Source of the DNA: an uncultured Spirochaetota bacterium
Lineage (GTDB): Bacteria > Spirochaetota > Spirochaetia > SZUA-6 > Fen-1364
Assembly: GCA_963820525.1 (NCBI GenBank)
Contig: CAWGAA010000002.1
Coordinates: 512,001-576,000, forward strand
Length of the DNA: 64,000 nucleotides
Direction: 5' to 3'
The translations under genes and the position numbers were made by a program. A model generated the notes under the pieces. The model searched no databases and was not told where the DNA came from. It was given only the letters and a program-made list of their open reading frames with translations. This document shows positions 1-10,021 of the stretch, in pieces (the stretch's first letter is position 1; each line of letters begins with the position of its first letter).

Positions 1-1
1 G

Positions 2-670
2 GAATCGAGCCTCGAGGAGGCGCTCGGCGCGTGCCGAAGGCAGGGTGTGAGCTGGGGAACGCGCGTGGACGAGGACCGCATCGCCTTCAGTCTCCGGGGA
101 GGATCCGCGGCGGAACGAGATGCCGTGCTCGACGGCCTCATTGCGCTGCTGGGAGAAACCCGCGTGCGAAGGAGCGAGGTCAAGCCCGCCCAGCTGCTCA
201 CGGATGTCCTGCTGGAGCGCGGCCTGATGCTCGTGACGGCTGAATCATGCACGGGCGGGCTTTTGGGCAAATGGCTGACAGATCTTCCGGGAAGCTCTCG
301 CGTGTACTGGGGCGGATTCGTCACCTACAGCAACCAGGCGAAGAGCGGGCTCCTGGGAGTCGGCGCGGCCCTGCTGGAGGAGCATGGAGCGGTGTCGGAA
401 CAGGCCGTGAAGGCCATGGCGCGCGGAGCGCTGGAGGAATCCGGGGCGGACGTGAGCATCGCCGTTTCAGGCATCGCCGGCCCCGATGGCGGAACTTCGC
501 AGAAACCGGTCGGCACGATCTGGGTGGCCGTGGACATGAGAGGGAAAGGGGCAGCCGTTCACCAATTCCTTTTCGCGGGAAGCCGGGACGCGATTCGAAG
601 GAGGACCGCGGTGGCTTCTTTCCTCTTCGCCGAGTCCTGGATTCTCGGGCGGGATTTCTCGATCGGGTGA
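2..670 (+). CDS. cinA: CinA/PncC nicotinamide-nucleotide amidohydrolase, 5' end outside window
   Basis: AESCTGG, SGIAGPDGG and KPVGT motifs; frame is open from base 2. Confidence 0.9.
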   Translation, partial: ESSLEEALGACRRQGVSWGTRVDEDRIAFSLRGGSAAERDAVLDGLIALLGETRVRRSEVKPAQLLTDVLLERGLMLVTAESCTGGLLGKWLTDLPGSSRVYWGGFVTYSNQAKSGLLGVGAALLEEHGAVSEQAVKAMARGALEESGADVSIAVSGIAGPDGGTSQKPVGTIWVAVDMRGKGAAVHQFLFAGSRDAIRRRTAVASFLFAESWILGRDFSIG

Positions 671-676
671 GGCGCC

Positions 677-705
677 TTGACACCCTGACGAAGTGGTACT
701 ATATT
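677..705 (+). promoter_or_regulatory. sigma70-type promoter for rho
   Basis: TTGACA-N17-TATATT about 100 bp upstream of the rho ATG. Confidence 0.65.
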
Positions 706-805
706 ACATATAAAGATTCGTAGTCGTCCTTTAGCCCGGTCGGTCCTCCTATCCGGAAAGCACATTCAACGGAAAGAATGATTAGTTTAGACAACGGAGC
801 ACTAC

Positions 806-2500
806 ATGGGAACAAAAGACCAGGAGAATGAGTCCCTCCAGTCCTCAATGGAGCCCTCTGAGCCGTCCCGCGATCTCGAGCTCACCAACGATTCGCTCTA
901 CAATCAGGAGAACGGAGGCGGTGAGGCCCAGAGCCCTCCCGCTGCCGGCAGGCCCGATTCAGCCGGGCTGAACAGGCCCAAGCGGATGATCAAGCGGCGG
1001 AAGATCCGCGTCGAGCTGATCAAGGATTCGGGCACCGATCGGAGGGAAGAGAAGTCGGAGGCTTCCACAACCGCGGAAGAAGCAGCTTCCCCGGCACCCT
1101 CGGCGGATAGTCTCGCCGCCGTGGGGGGTGATACCCGAAGGCCTGAGGCCGCGGGCCGCATCCCCGGCAATGGGACTCCGCCCGTCGAGGCCGGCGCCAA
1201 GCCGCCCGTCATTGTCGGCAACGAGAACAAGCTCCAGATCAACGATCTCTCCCAGATGAGCATGCCCGACCTTCGCGGTTTGGCCACCAAGATGGGCGTA
1301 AGCCACGAAGCGCTGATCTCCATGAAGAAGCAGGAGATCATTTTCCAGATCCTCAAGGCGCATACGGAGAGGGGAGGAGTCATCTACGCCTTCGGCGCGC
1401 TGGAGATCCTTCCCGATGGATACGGCTTCCTCCGGTCTCCCAACTACAGCTATCTGCCGGGACCGGACGATATCTACATATCGCCGTCGCAGATACGCCT
1501 GTTCAACCTCAAGACGGGCGACACGGTTGCGGGGCAGATCCGCTCGCCCAAGGAAGGGGAGCGGTTCTTCGCGATGCTCAGGGTGGAGACGGTGAACTTC
1601 GATCCGCCGATGGTTGCCCAGACCCGCATCCCCTTCGACAACCTCACCCCGCTGTATCCCGACGAGAGGCTGAACCTGGAGACTTCCACGGAGGACATCT
1701 CGACGCGAATGATCAATCTCTTCTGTCCCATCGGAAAGGGCCAGAGAGGGCTCATCGTGTCGCCGCCCAGGACGGGAAAGACCATCCTGCTGCAGAAGAT
1801 CGCCAATGCCATCACCGCCAATCATCCCGAGGTGGTGGTCATCGTCCTTCTCATCGACGAGCGCCCCGAGGAAGTGACGGACATGCAGAGGAACGTCAAG
1901 GGCGAGGTCGTATCGTCCACCTTTGACGAGCAGTCCACCCGTCACGTTCAGGTGGCGGAGATGGTCATCGAGAAGGCCAAGAGGCTGGTGGAGCACAAGA
2001 GGGACGTCGTCATCCTTCTCGACTCCATTACGCGGCTCGCGCGCGCGTACAACCAGACGGTCCCCACCTCGGGGAAGATCCTCTCCGGAGGTGTCGATTC
2101 CAACGCGCTGCACAAGCCGAAGAGGTTCTTCGGTGCCGCCCGCAACATCGAGGAAGGCGGCAGCCTCACCATCGTGGCGACGGCGCTCATCGAGACGGGC
2201 AGCCGCATGGACGAGGTCATTTTCGAGGAGTTCAAGGGCACCGGCAACATGGAGGTGAACCTGGACAGGAAGCTCTCCGACAGAAGGCTGTATCCGGCCA
2301 TCAACATCAAGAAATCGGGGACCCGCAAGGAAGAGCTGCTCCTGGGCGAGGAGGAGCTGCAGAAGCTGTGGGTCCTGCGCAGGGTGATCAACCCCATGGA
2401 CGACGGGGAGATCATCGAGCTCCTGATTGACAGGATGCGCAAAACCAAGAATAATGAGACATTCCTGAGATCGATGAACACATCGACGGTGGAAGCATAG
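806..2500 (+). CDS. rho: Transcription termination factor Rho with long N-terminal extension
   Basis: DGYGFLR RNA-binding motif, PIGKGQR, PPRTGKT Walker [22 protein letters not shown]. Confidence 0.98.
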   Translation: MGTKDQENESLQSSMEPSEPSRDLELTNDSLYNQENGGGEAQSPPAAGRPDSAGLNRPKRMIKRRKIRVELIKDSGTDRREEKSEASTTAEEAASPAPSADSLAAVGGDTRRPEAAGRIPGNGTPPVEAGAKPPVIVGNENKLQINDLSQMSMPDLRGLATKMGVSHEALISMKKQEIIFQILKAHTERGGVIYAFGALEILPDGYGFLRSPNYSYLPGPDDIYISPSQIRLFNLKTGDTVAGQIRSPKEGERFFAMLRVETVNFDPPMVAQTRIPFDNLTPLYPDERLNLETSTEDISTRMINLFCPIGKGQRGLIVSPPRTGKTILLQKIANAITANHPEVVVIVLLIDERPEEVTDMQRNVKGEVVSSTFDEQSTRHVQVAEMVIEKAKRLVEHKRDVVILLDSITRLARAYNQTVPTSGKILSGGVDSNALHKPKRFFGAARNIEEGGSLTIVATALIETGSRMDEVIFEEFKGTGNMEVNLDRKLSDRRLYPAINIKKSGTRKEELLLGEEELQKLWVLRRVINPMDDGEIIELLIDRMRKTKNNETFLRSMNTSTVEA

Positions 2501-2552
2501 AGCACGAAAGCCCTGCGCAGAGCTGCGGGGCAAAAACCGAGAGGGAAATCGC

Positions 2553-2753
2553 ATGAAGGCTGATATACATCCCCATTACCAGTTGACGACCATTACCTGC
2601 GCCTGCGGAAACGTCATCGAGACCAAGTCCACCTCCAAGGACATCAAGGTGGAAATCTGCTCGAAGTGTCATCCCTTTTTCACGGGCAAGCAGAAGCTCG
2701 TGGACACGGCGGGTCGCGTCGAGCGCTTCAAGAAGCGCTACAACATCAAGTAG
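2553..2753 (+). CDS. rpmE: 50S ribosomal protein L31 (Zn-binding type)
   Basis: [13 protein letters not shown]...[10 protein letters not shown]. Confidence 0.97.
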   Translation: MKADIHPHYQLTTITCACGNVIETKSTSKDIKVEICSKCHPFFTGKQKLVDTAGRVERFKKRYNIK

Positions 2754-2821
2754 AGGACTGCCAAGCCCGGTTTTCCACGCGGCACGGGGCCGGGGTCGGC
2801 CCCGTCTTCCGCGAACGCTCA

Positions 2822-3570
2822 TCACACGACATCGCGCCCCAACACCTCGCTGGCGAGCCTCTTGAGCCTCTCCCAATGGGCCCCCCGCCAGAAGACCCTG
2901 CGGCAGGCGGGGCAGCGGGAAAACTCATCGTAGAGCATCCCGACGAGGGGGGGAGCTCGGCGAGAACGCTCTCCTTGCTGGCCCGCACGAGCGGCTCATT
3001 GCATGCGATGCACCGGGAAAACGGCTTCGCCAGCCTCGAAAGATCGAATCTGCGAAACACCTCGGCCAGCTGGTCGCGGGGACGAGTCGTTCTGATGAGG
3101 AATCCGTGCACGACGTATCTCCTCTTCAAGAGGCCCCTGTCGCGCGTCAGGATGATCCTGCCGTCGGAGCGGGAAACCGCCTCCAGCTCCTCGTCGTCGA
3201 AGCCGTTGTCGTACAGAGCATCGAAACCGAAGAGCCGCAGCATCCCCGCGAGTTTCCCGAGGTGCACGTCGCAGACGAATCGGGGATGCCGGAGGGGCTC
3301 CGGGCGGACCTTCGTGAGGCCCGCGATGTCCCATGACTCGAAGGCGGGGTACACGGAAAGCCGGTCTCCGTCCTGGAGCCGGTAGGAGAAGCCGACCGAC
3401 TCGCCGTTGGCGAGGATGAGATCCACCTCCGTATGGGGGACGCCGAGGTCTTCGATGATCGCCTTTGCCGTGCAGCCTTCACGGAACTCGACATCGAAAG
3501 AAAGCTTGCGCCTGGATGAGGGGAGCAGATCGTTGAGCTCCTCGTAGAACCGGATTGAAATTTTGGCCAT
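2822..3570 (-). pseudogene. Mut7-C RNase-domain protein (ubiquitin-like + PIN-like + Zn ribbon), frameshifted at a G7 run
   Basis: IRFYEELND, GVPHTEVDLIL, DVHLGKLA..LR..GFD, LTRDRGL, RCIACN; the expected C-terminus RCPACRRVFWRGAHW is in another frame beyond the run at 2947-2953. Confidence 0.8.
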
Positions 3571-3687
3571 CCCCATGTCCGCGGCGGCCTCAATGCGTAT
3601 GGCCCTTCGGCCCCCGCTTGTGTAGTATAGGCGCATCGGCCGCCGGGGAAAAGATCGACGCCGGCCCGCAGGGGGGAACGGTCCATC

Positions 3688-4137
3688 GTGAACGAGAAAC
3701 CGATCGTGAAGAAGCTGGAGGACAAGAGAGGAGCCGTCTATTTCACCATATACTGGTCCCCGCTTCGAAAGTCCGAGAAATACGAGATCATCGGCTCCGT
3801 GCCTTCGGAGGCCGGAATCTACGAGCTGTACTTCATGGACTTCAAGGGCAAGCTGAACCTCTTCTCCATCGGCAAGTCCTGGTACGGCGGGCTTCGAAAC
3901 GAGCTTCGGCTGCACACGGATCCGGAGCTGGAGCCCGATCTCGAGCGCCGCGCCACGCTTGAAAAGCACGACTGCTATTACCGCTATACGCTGGTGGGCA
4001 GCAATGACGACATGTCCGACATCCTGTTCTTCTTTGCCCGGACTTATTTCCCGGGCTCACAGAAGTACAGGCCCTCCGGCAGGCACGAAAACATCTACGT
4101 CAAGGAAATCTCAAGCGACAAGATCGTCACGATTTGA
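3688..4137 (+). CDS. Hypothetical protein with degenerate GIY-YIG-like motif
   Basis: 149-aa ORF with host-like codon usage; PSEAGIYEL...FSIGKS...LRNEL. Confidence 0.7.
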   Translation: MNEKPIVKKLEDKRGAVYFTIYWSPLRKSEKYEIIGSVPSEAGIYELYFMDFKGKLNLFSIGKSWYGGLRNELRLHTDPELEPDLERRATLEKHDCYYRYTLVGSNDDMSDILFFFARTYFPGSQKYRPSGRHENIYVKEISSDKIVTI

Positions 4138-4229
4138 ATGAGCGCCGCGCCCGGCGCCGCGGACCCGCTTTCGGCGGCGCGCTCTCTTTGAATCATCGCT
4201 TGAGCCGGCGCCGTGGACCGCTTGAGGCC

Positions 4230-4649
4230 CTAGAGGTGAGAAAGCTTCTCCACCATGAGCTTGATGCGGCGGGCAAGCGAGACGAGAAGCCGCCGCGTCC
4301 ACATCGGGCTCGCCGCATAGATGTCCGCGAAGTTCTCCCTGCTGAACTCGAGCACCCGCACGTCGCCCTTCGCGATGACGGTGGCCGAGCGCACCGATTT
4401 GTCGAAGAAGCTCATCTCTCCGATGATCTCTCCCTTGCCGAGGGTCGTGAGCACCTTGTACCTGTCCTCGAGCTTCCTCGTGATATACACTTCACCCTCG
4501 AGGATCCAGAAGATCTTCTGCTGGATATCGCCTTCCCTGATCAGGACCTGCTTGTCGCGGAACCGCTTGCCGAACTTCTCGATCACCTTCTCGTCCAGCG
4601 CCTCTTCGGCCTGGAAGGCGATCCTCATGATCTCGTTGTAGTCTCCCAT
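4230..4649 (-). CDS. Cyclic nucleotide-binding domain protein
   Basis: LIREGD, ILEGEV, GEIIGEMSFF, RSATVIA. Confidence 0.9.
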   Translation of the reverse strand: MGDYNEIMRIAFQAEEALDEKVIEKFGKRFRDKQVLIREGDIQQKIFWILEGEVYITRKLEDRYKVLTTLGKGEIIGEMSFFDKSVRSATVIAKGDVRVLEFSRENFADIYAASPMWTRRLLVSLARRIKLMVEKLSHL

Positions 4650-5044
4650 CAGGACTTGCTCCGCAGCCGCTCGCCGAACTCCGCGTTGAGGATCCGAAGC
4701 TCCCGCGTGAGCCCCGTCGTTGCCGCGAGGGCCAGCTCCCAGGAGACTTCGGCGGCCGTGAAGAAGCTCTCCAGGTCCCAGCGATACACGATGGTCTTCT
4801 CCAGCGAGAGGGCGGAGCAGAGCCTGCCTGATTCCGCGAGGGGCTCCACGAGGCCGAAGATAGCATCGGGAGTCGCGTAGAGAGGGAGCCGGTCCTCGCC
4901 AAATCGGTACTCGATCTTCACAAGACCGGCGATGACGTAGAACACCGGCTTGTCGTCGGGAACGTCCCCCGGCGAGTACATGAGAGTCCTCTGGGGGACG
5001 ACGATCTGCTCGCCGTACTGAAGGTAGCGGGGAAGCGCATCCAT
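4649..5044 (-). CDS. Divergent cyclic nucleotide-binding (Crp-like) domain protein
   Basis: YSPGD, FYVIAGLVKI, IFGLVEPL...RL; stop overlaps start of the next cNMP gene. Confidence 0.7.
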   Translation of the reverse strand: MDALPRYLQYGEQIVVPQRTLMYSPGDVPDDKPVFYVIAGLVKIEYRFGEDRLPLYATPDAIFGLVEPLAESGRLCSALSLEKTIVYRWDLESFFTAAEVSWELALAATTGLTRELRILNAEFGERLRSKS

Positions 5045-5149
5045 TCTATCTATTTCTCGACATTTCGCTCGATTTTTATTGAATTCTTTTCATTTTTCCT
5101 CTATAATCGTTTCCATCCTCGAAAGCGCATCTTCTTGCGGGAGTTATTC

Positions 5150-6304
5150 ATGGATCCGGTCAAACAAAGCCACGTCGAGGAGTACGGCAGAGCGCCGGAG
5201 GTGATTGCCGCCGCTCCCGGAAGGGTCAACCTTATCGGCGAGCACACGGATTACAACGATGGCTTTGTGTTTCCCATGGCGATCGACTTCACGGTCAGGG
5301 TCGCCGTCTCCCGCCGCAAGGACAGTCACGTACACTTCTACTCCGTCGACTTCAAGGACCGAAAGCGCGCCGCGCTTCCTTCCCTCCGCTTTCGCAAGGA
5401 AGATCGCTGGGCAAACTATCCCAAAGGGATAATCAATGCGCTCGCCGCGCGCGGACACCCCATGAGCGGAATGGACATCACCATCCACGGCGACATCCCC
5501 CAGGGGGCGGGCCTCTCCTCCTCTGCGGCCCTCGAGATCGCCACCGCTCTCGCCGTGCAGACCCTCTACCACATCGAGATCGGCAGGGAGGAAGCGGCGC
5601 GCCTCGCCCAGGAGGCGGAGAGCGAGTTCGTCGGCGTGAGGCGCGGGATCATGGACCAGTTCATCTCGCGCCTGGCCAAGGAAGGCCACGCCATGCTCCT
5701 CGACACGAGGACCCTCGTCTATCATTACGTTCCCCTCACGTTCAAGAGCGCCAAGATCCTCCTCACGAACTCCAAGGTTCCCCACGGCCTGGCGGATTCG
5801 GAGTACGCCAAGAGGCGCGAGGAGTGCGCCCGCTGCGTGCAGATCCTCTCCGCGAAGAAACCGGGCACCGCCCTGCGCGACTATACCCCCAGCGACGTGC
5901 GCGACAGCTTGGGACTCATCCCCGAGGCCACGCGCAAGAAATGCCTCCACGTGGTGGAGGAGAACCAGAGGGCCCTTGACGCCGAGGAGGCGCTCAAGAA
6001 GAAGGATCTGGTCACCTTCGGGAAGCTCATGAACCGCTCCCATGAGAGCCTGCGCGACCTCTATGAAGTCTCCTGCCCGGAGCTGGACTGGCTGGTCAAG
6101 AGGGCCTGGGAAACCGAGGGGGTATACGGTTCGCGGCTCACGGGGGCGGGCTTCGGCGGCTGCACCGTCACGTTGATCGAGGAAGAGGCCATCCCGCGCT
6201 ACCGCGAGCATATCGCGCCCTATGAGAGGATTTTCGGTTTTCGCCCCGAGGTCTATATCTGCAAGCCCTCCGGGGGGGCCCGGATCGTGGAGAGCAAGGT
6301 CTGA
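5150..6304 (+). CDS. galK: Galactokinase
   Basis: APGRVNLIGEHTDYNDG, PQGAGLSSSA, GSRLTGAGFGG. Confidence 0.95.
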   Translation: MDPVKQSHVEEYGRAPEVIAAAPGRVNLIGEHTDYNDGFVFPMAIDFTVRVAVSRRKDSHVHFYSVDFKDRKRAALPSLRFRKEDRWANYPKGIINALAARGHPMSGMDITIHGDIPQGAGLSSSAALEIATALAVQTLYHIEIGREEAARLAQEAESEFVGVRRGIMDQFISRLAKEGHAMLLDTRTLVYHYVPLTFKSAKILLTNSKVPHGLADSEYAKRREECARCVQILSAKKPGTALRDYTPSDVRDSLGLIPEATRKKCLHVVEENQRALDAEEALKKKDLVTFGKLMNRSHESLRDLYEVSCPELDWLVKRAWETEGVYGSRLTGAGFGGCTVTLIEEEAIPRYREHIAPYERIFGFRPEVYICKPSGGARIVESKV

Positions 6305-6316
6305 GAGGCTCAGGCG

Positions 6317-7060
6317 ATGCGAATCCTCCTGACCAATGACGACGGCATCGAAGCCCTGGGCCTGAAGGCCCTGCTGGACACGCTTTGCGACCAGCACGAG
6401 GTGTGGGTCGTGGCGCCGGAAAACGAGAGAAGCGGCAGCTCCCATTCCATCACCCTCAGGGATTCCATCCGCATACGAAAGATCGGGCAGAGGATCTTCA
6501 GCTGCCGGGGGACGCCGGCGGACTGCGTGATGATCTCCCTGCTGGGGCTCCTCCCCAAGGGTATCGAGATGATCATCTCGGGGATCAACCACGGTCCCAA
6601 CCTCGGCACCGACATCCTGTACTCGGGGACCGCGTCGGCGGCAAGCCAGGCGGTGCTGATGGGAGTGCCGGCGGTCGCGCTGTCGATCGGCACCTATGCC
6701 CCGCCCTTCGACTTCCGCTGCGCCACCTCCTTCACGGCGAGAAACATGGAGATTTTCAGACGGCTCTCCGACTCGGATCACTACCTCAACATCAACTTCC
6801 CCAGCGCCGAGAAGCCCACGGGAAAGCCGATGGTGACCTTCCCCACGCACAGGATCTACAGGGATGAGCTTCATACCTACACGGCCCCCAACGCGGACAT
6901 CTTCTGTTTCATGGGGGGAGCCACCCCGGATTCGCACCTCGAGGAAGGCTCCGACTACCGGGCCCTCTCTGAGGGCCTCATCTCGATCTCTCCCATCAAC
7001 GTCCATCCCACGAACAGGGATTCCATTGAGGAGCAGTACCGCTCAGCGAGTTTCCTATGA
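6317..7060 (+). CDS. surE: 5'/3'-nucleotidase SurE
   Basis: ILLTNDDG, GTPADCV, SGINHGPNLG, YSGT. Confidence 0.95.
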   Translation: MRILLTNDDGIEALGLKALLDTLCDQHEVWVVAPENERSGSSHSITLRDSIRIRKIGQRIFSCRGTPADCVMISLLGLLPKGIEMIISGINHGPNLGTDILYSGTASAASQAVLMGVPAVALSIGTYAPPFDFRCATSFTARNMEIFRRLSDSDHYLNINFPSAEKPTGKPMVTFPTHRIYRDELHTYTAPNADIFCFMGGATPDSHLEEGSDYRALSEGLISISPINVHPTNRDSIEEQYRSASFL

Positions 7061-7731
7061 ACAAGCAATTCGAAAACGGCGTCAAGCTTTACCATTCCCA
7101 CCGCTACGAGCAGGCCTTGAAGGAGCTGCGCGAAGCCGAAGAGGAGATGCCGCCCACCCCCGAGCTCGACTACTACATCGGGCTGGCGCTCACCCAGCTG
7201 GAACGCTACGAGGAGGCGCTTCTCTCCCTGGAGAAGGTCGTCACCTCTCATTTCAGCTTCCTGCACATCATGCAGGCCCGCATGGTGCTGGGATACATCT
7301 ATGCCATCACCGGCAGGTACAAGCTCGCAGAGTTCGAATTCACCAAGGTGCGCGAGTTCGGCCTCCAGTCATCCCAGGCGCTTGCCGCCCTGGGATTCGT
7401 GTACTACTCCCAGAAGAACATCACGGAAAGCATCGATGCGCTGAAGAAGGCCCTGGAGATCGACCCGAAGAACGCCAACGCCCTCAACTCCCTCGGGTTC
7501 ATATACGCGGAGGAGAAGAAGGATCTTTCCCGGGCCGTATCCCTGTGCAAACAGGCCGTTGAGGCGAATCCCAAGAACCCCGCGTACCTCGACTCCCTGG
7601 GCTGGGCGCTCTTCCGGCAGGGAAGCTATGAAGAGGCCAGAGGCTGCTTCCGCAAGGCCCTCGACCTTGCGCCAGGGAACAAGGAGATCGCCACCCACAT
7701 GCGTCAGCTCCTCGACAAAATGAAAGGATAG
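7057..7731 (+). CDS. Tetratricopeptide repeat protein
   Basis: Repeated TPR patterns (ALNSLGFIY, YLDSLGWAL, KALEIDP). Confidence 0.9.
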   Translation: MNKQFENGVKLYHSHRYEQALKELREAEEEMPPTPELDYYIGLALTQLERYEEALLSLEKVVTSHFSFLHIMQARMVLGYIYAITGRYKLAEFEFTKVREFGLQSSQALAALGFVYYSQKNITESIDALKKALEIDPKNANALNSLGFIYAEEKKDLSRAVSLCKQAVEANPKNPAYLDSLGWALFRQGSYEEARGCFRKALDLAPGNKEIATHMRQLLDKMKG

Positions 7732-7826
7732 GCCTGCGGCGGCGCTCCTCCGCGCCGGGCCGGGGCATTTTTCCCCTTATCACCCCCCGAGTTTACGTCG
7801 AAATTTCAAGATGAGGAGTATGGACT

Positions 7827-7988
7827 ATGAAGGTCGAGAGCGTCATCGTGCCTCGAAAGCCCGCCTCGCCGACGGATGACCTTCCCATCATGAATGCGGA
7901 AGAGATCAAGACCATCCTCTACCTGGGGATCCGCGGCGCAGTCGAGCTTGAGACGGACAAGAAGCACTCCGTAGATATGCTGGCGTGA
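7827..7988 (+). CDS. Small hypothetical protein, 53 aa (not in ORF track)
   Basis: GAGGAG RBS; MKVESVIVPRKPASPTDDLPIMNAEEIKTILYLGIRGAVELETDKKHSVDMLA; fills the intergenic gap. Confidence 0.7.
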   Translation: MKVESVIVPRKPASPTDDLPIMNAEEIKTILYLGIRGAVELETDKKHSVDMLA

Positions 7989-8007
7989 TTTCCGTATACT
8001 GTCCGGC

Positions 8008-10017
8008 GTGAAGAAACCCGCCCTAGCCGCCTGCCTCCTTGCCGCGTGCGCGGTGGGGCTTGCGGCGCAGAATATCGACATCCAACAATCCCGATCCAAC
8101 GATCAGCTGCGCTGGGGAATCCAGGCGTACCACAGGGGCTTCTACAGCGACGCGCTGGTATCCCTGCAGAAAAGCCTCAGCATCATGCCTTCCAATATCC
8201 TCGCCCAGACGTGGCTGGGAAGGGTGTTCTGGAAGTCCGGTTTCGAGGGGGAGGCGCTCCGCACGTGGGAGCGGCTGGATGCTTCCGGCAAGGCCGACAA
8301 CACGATCCGTGACTGGATCCAGGAGCTCCGGCTTCGAAACGGCACGGCCCGCGATGTTCCGCGGGATCCTCTCTTTGTCGTGAGCGCGGAGTTGGGCGCT
8401 GCAACAACGGGAGGGTACCCCTTCAAGCGGCCCGCAAGCGTTCGGCCCCGCGCCGACGGAAGCTTCTACCTCGTTTCCTTCGGCACGAACGAGGTTCTCC
8501 GCTATGACACGAACTTCCGCCTGGTGGAGAGCCTGCGGGGCGGCCTTGCCGGCCTGGATCGTCCCTTCGACGTGCTGGAAGCCGCCGACGGAACCCTGTT
8601 CGTCTCGGAGTACGGCGCCGACAGGATCACCAGGCTTTCCGGCAAAGGCGACAAGATCTCCAGCTTCGGCCGAGCGGGCAGGGACGACGGGGCTCTCCTG
8701 GGCCCTCAGTACATGGCATCCGACGCTCACGGTTTCCTCTACGTCACGGACTGGGGCAACTCGCGGGTGAACAAGTACGATCCCGACGGAAACTTCATCC
8801 TCGCGATCTCCGGCCTCTCCGGCCCATCCGGAATCGCGGTCAGGGAAGAGAGCCTCTTCGTGTGCGAGAAAGCGGCCAAGAGGATCTCCATCTACGATAC
8901 CAACGGCAACTACCTGCGGTCCATCGGAGATGGCACGCTCCAGGCTCCCGAGGGGATCTCCTTCACATCCGAGGGGAAGCTCCTCGTGGCGGATTCGAAC
9001 AAGGTCTGGGAGGCCGACGTCGAATCGGAGCAGTGGCGCGTGAAAGCCGATACGAGCGCCTTCACGACGCGTCTCGTCCAGCAGGCGGAAACGCCAAACG
9101 GCGACCTGCTGGGTGTGGATTTCGACGGAAACGGCCTCGTGCTTCTCTCGGATCCGGTTTCCCTGTATTCCGGGCTCACCGTGCGGGTGGACAGGGTCAA
9201 CTCCGTGCGCTTTCCCGAGGTATTCGTCGACGTGTCTGTCCAGGACCGCCTTGGGCGGCCGGTAGTGGGGCTGGAGATCAATAACTTCATATTCACCGAA
9301 GCCAGGCGCTCGGTGGGGCCGACCTCGATGGTTCGAACCAACACCGACGCCAACTCCATCGACGTCGCCCTGCTCATCGAGAGCTCTCCCGCCATGGCCT
9401 CGATGCGCTCCACCGCGGAGCAGGCGGCGGCTGACCTGTATGCCCGCGCCGTCCAGGGCGGTCGCATCAAGGCGATTTCGGCGGGAGAGATGCCGGTCAA
9501 GGAGACTGATTTCGGGGAGCCGCGCCTGAAGTTCCTCGCCGCGGCCTTCACGGCGCCCCCGTCGGCCAGGTGGAGGTTCGACGTGGGAGCCAGGGTGGCG
9601 GGAGAGGAGCTGATCACCGCGGCGGGAGGCGCCAAGAGGGCCATCGTGTTCCTCACGTCCGGCGCTCTGGGCCCGCGCGCGTATTCGACATATTCCCTGC
9701 TGGATCTCGCCGCCTTCATGCGCAACAATGCGATCGCCTTCTATCCCATCTCCTTCGGTTCCAAAGGCCTCGACGAGGATCTCGCTTACCTTGCATCGGA
9801 AACGGGTGGCAGGGGCTACGCCGTGTTCACGCCGGGGGGGATGGGTGAGGTCATCGGCGCCATCCGCGCGCGAACGACGCCCTTCTACTCCGTGAGGTAC
9901 AGCTCGCCGTCGGCGGCCGATTTCGGGGAGGCCTACATTCCCCTGGAGGTGGAGGTCACCCGACAGAAGCTGAGCGGGAGGGACCAGTGCGGCTACTACG
10001 CCCCCCCGTCACCGTAG
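8008..10017 (+). CDS. Exported TPR + NHL-repeat beta-propeller + vWA-like protein
   Basis: Signal peptide; NHL repeats (LYVTDWGNSRVNKYDPDGNF, PEGISF); C-terminal RAIVFLTSG vWA-like region. Confidence 0.8.
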   Translation: MKKPALAACLLAACAVGLAAQNIDIQQSRSNDQLRWGIQAYHRGFYSDALVSLQKSLSIMPSNILAQTWLGRVFWKSGFEGEALRTWERLDASGKADNTIRDWIQELRLRNGTARDVPRDPLFVVSAELGAATTGGYPFKRPASVRPRADGSFYLVSFGTNEVLRYDTNFRLVESLRGGLAGLDRPFDVLEAADGTLFVSEYGADRITRLSGKGDKISSFGRAGRDDGALLGPQYMASDAHGFLYVTDWGNSRVNKYDPDGNFILAISGLSGPSGIAVREESLFVCEKAAKRISIYDTNGNYLRSIGDGTLQAPEGISFTSEGKLLVADSNKVWEADVESEQWRVKADTSAFTTRLVQQAETPNGDLLGVDFDGNGLVLLSDPVSLYSGLTVRVDRVNSVRFPEVFVDVSVQDRLGRPVVGLEINNFIFTEARRSVGPTSMVRTNTDANSIDVALLIESSPAMASMRSTAEQAAADLYARAVQGGRIKAISAGEMPVKETDFGEPRLKFLAAAFTAPPSARWRFDVGARVAGEELITAAGGAKRAIVFLTSGALGPRAYSTYSLLDLAAFMRNNAIAFYPISFGSKGLDEDLAYLASETGGRGYAVFTPGGMGEVIGAIRARTTPFYSVRYSSPSAADFGEAYIPLEVEVTRQKLSGRDQCGYYAPPSP

Positions 10018-10021
10018 CGGC

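Noticed and set aside
959..2554. Long antisense or alternate-frame ORFs (also 5144-7006, 15091-17082, 17958-19763, 18937-20832, 43714-46083, 49622-51157)
   Set aside because: Shadow frames of well-supported genes in GC-rich DNA, with no recognisable motifs.
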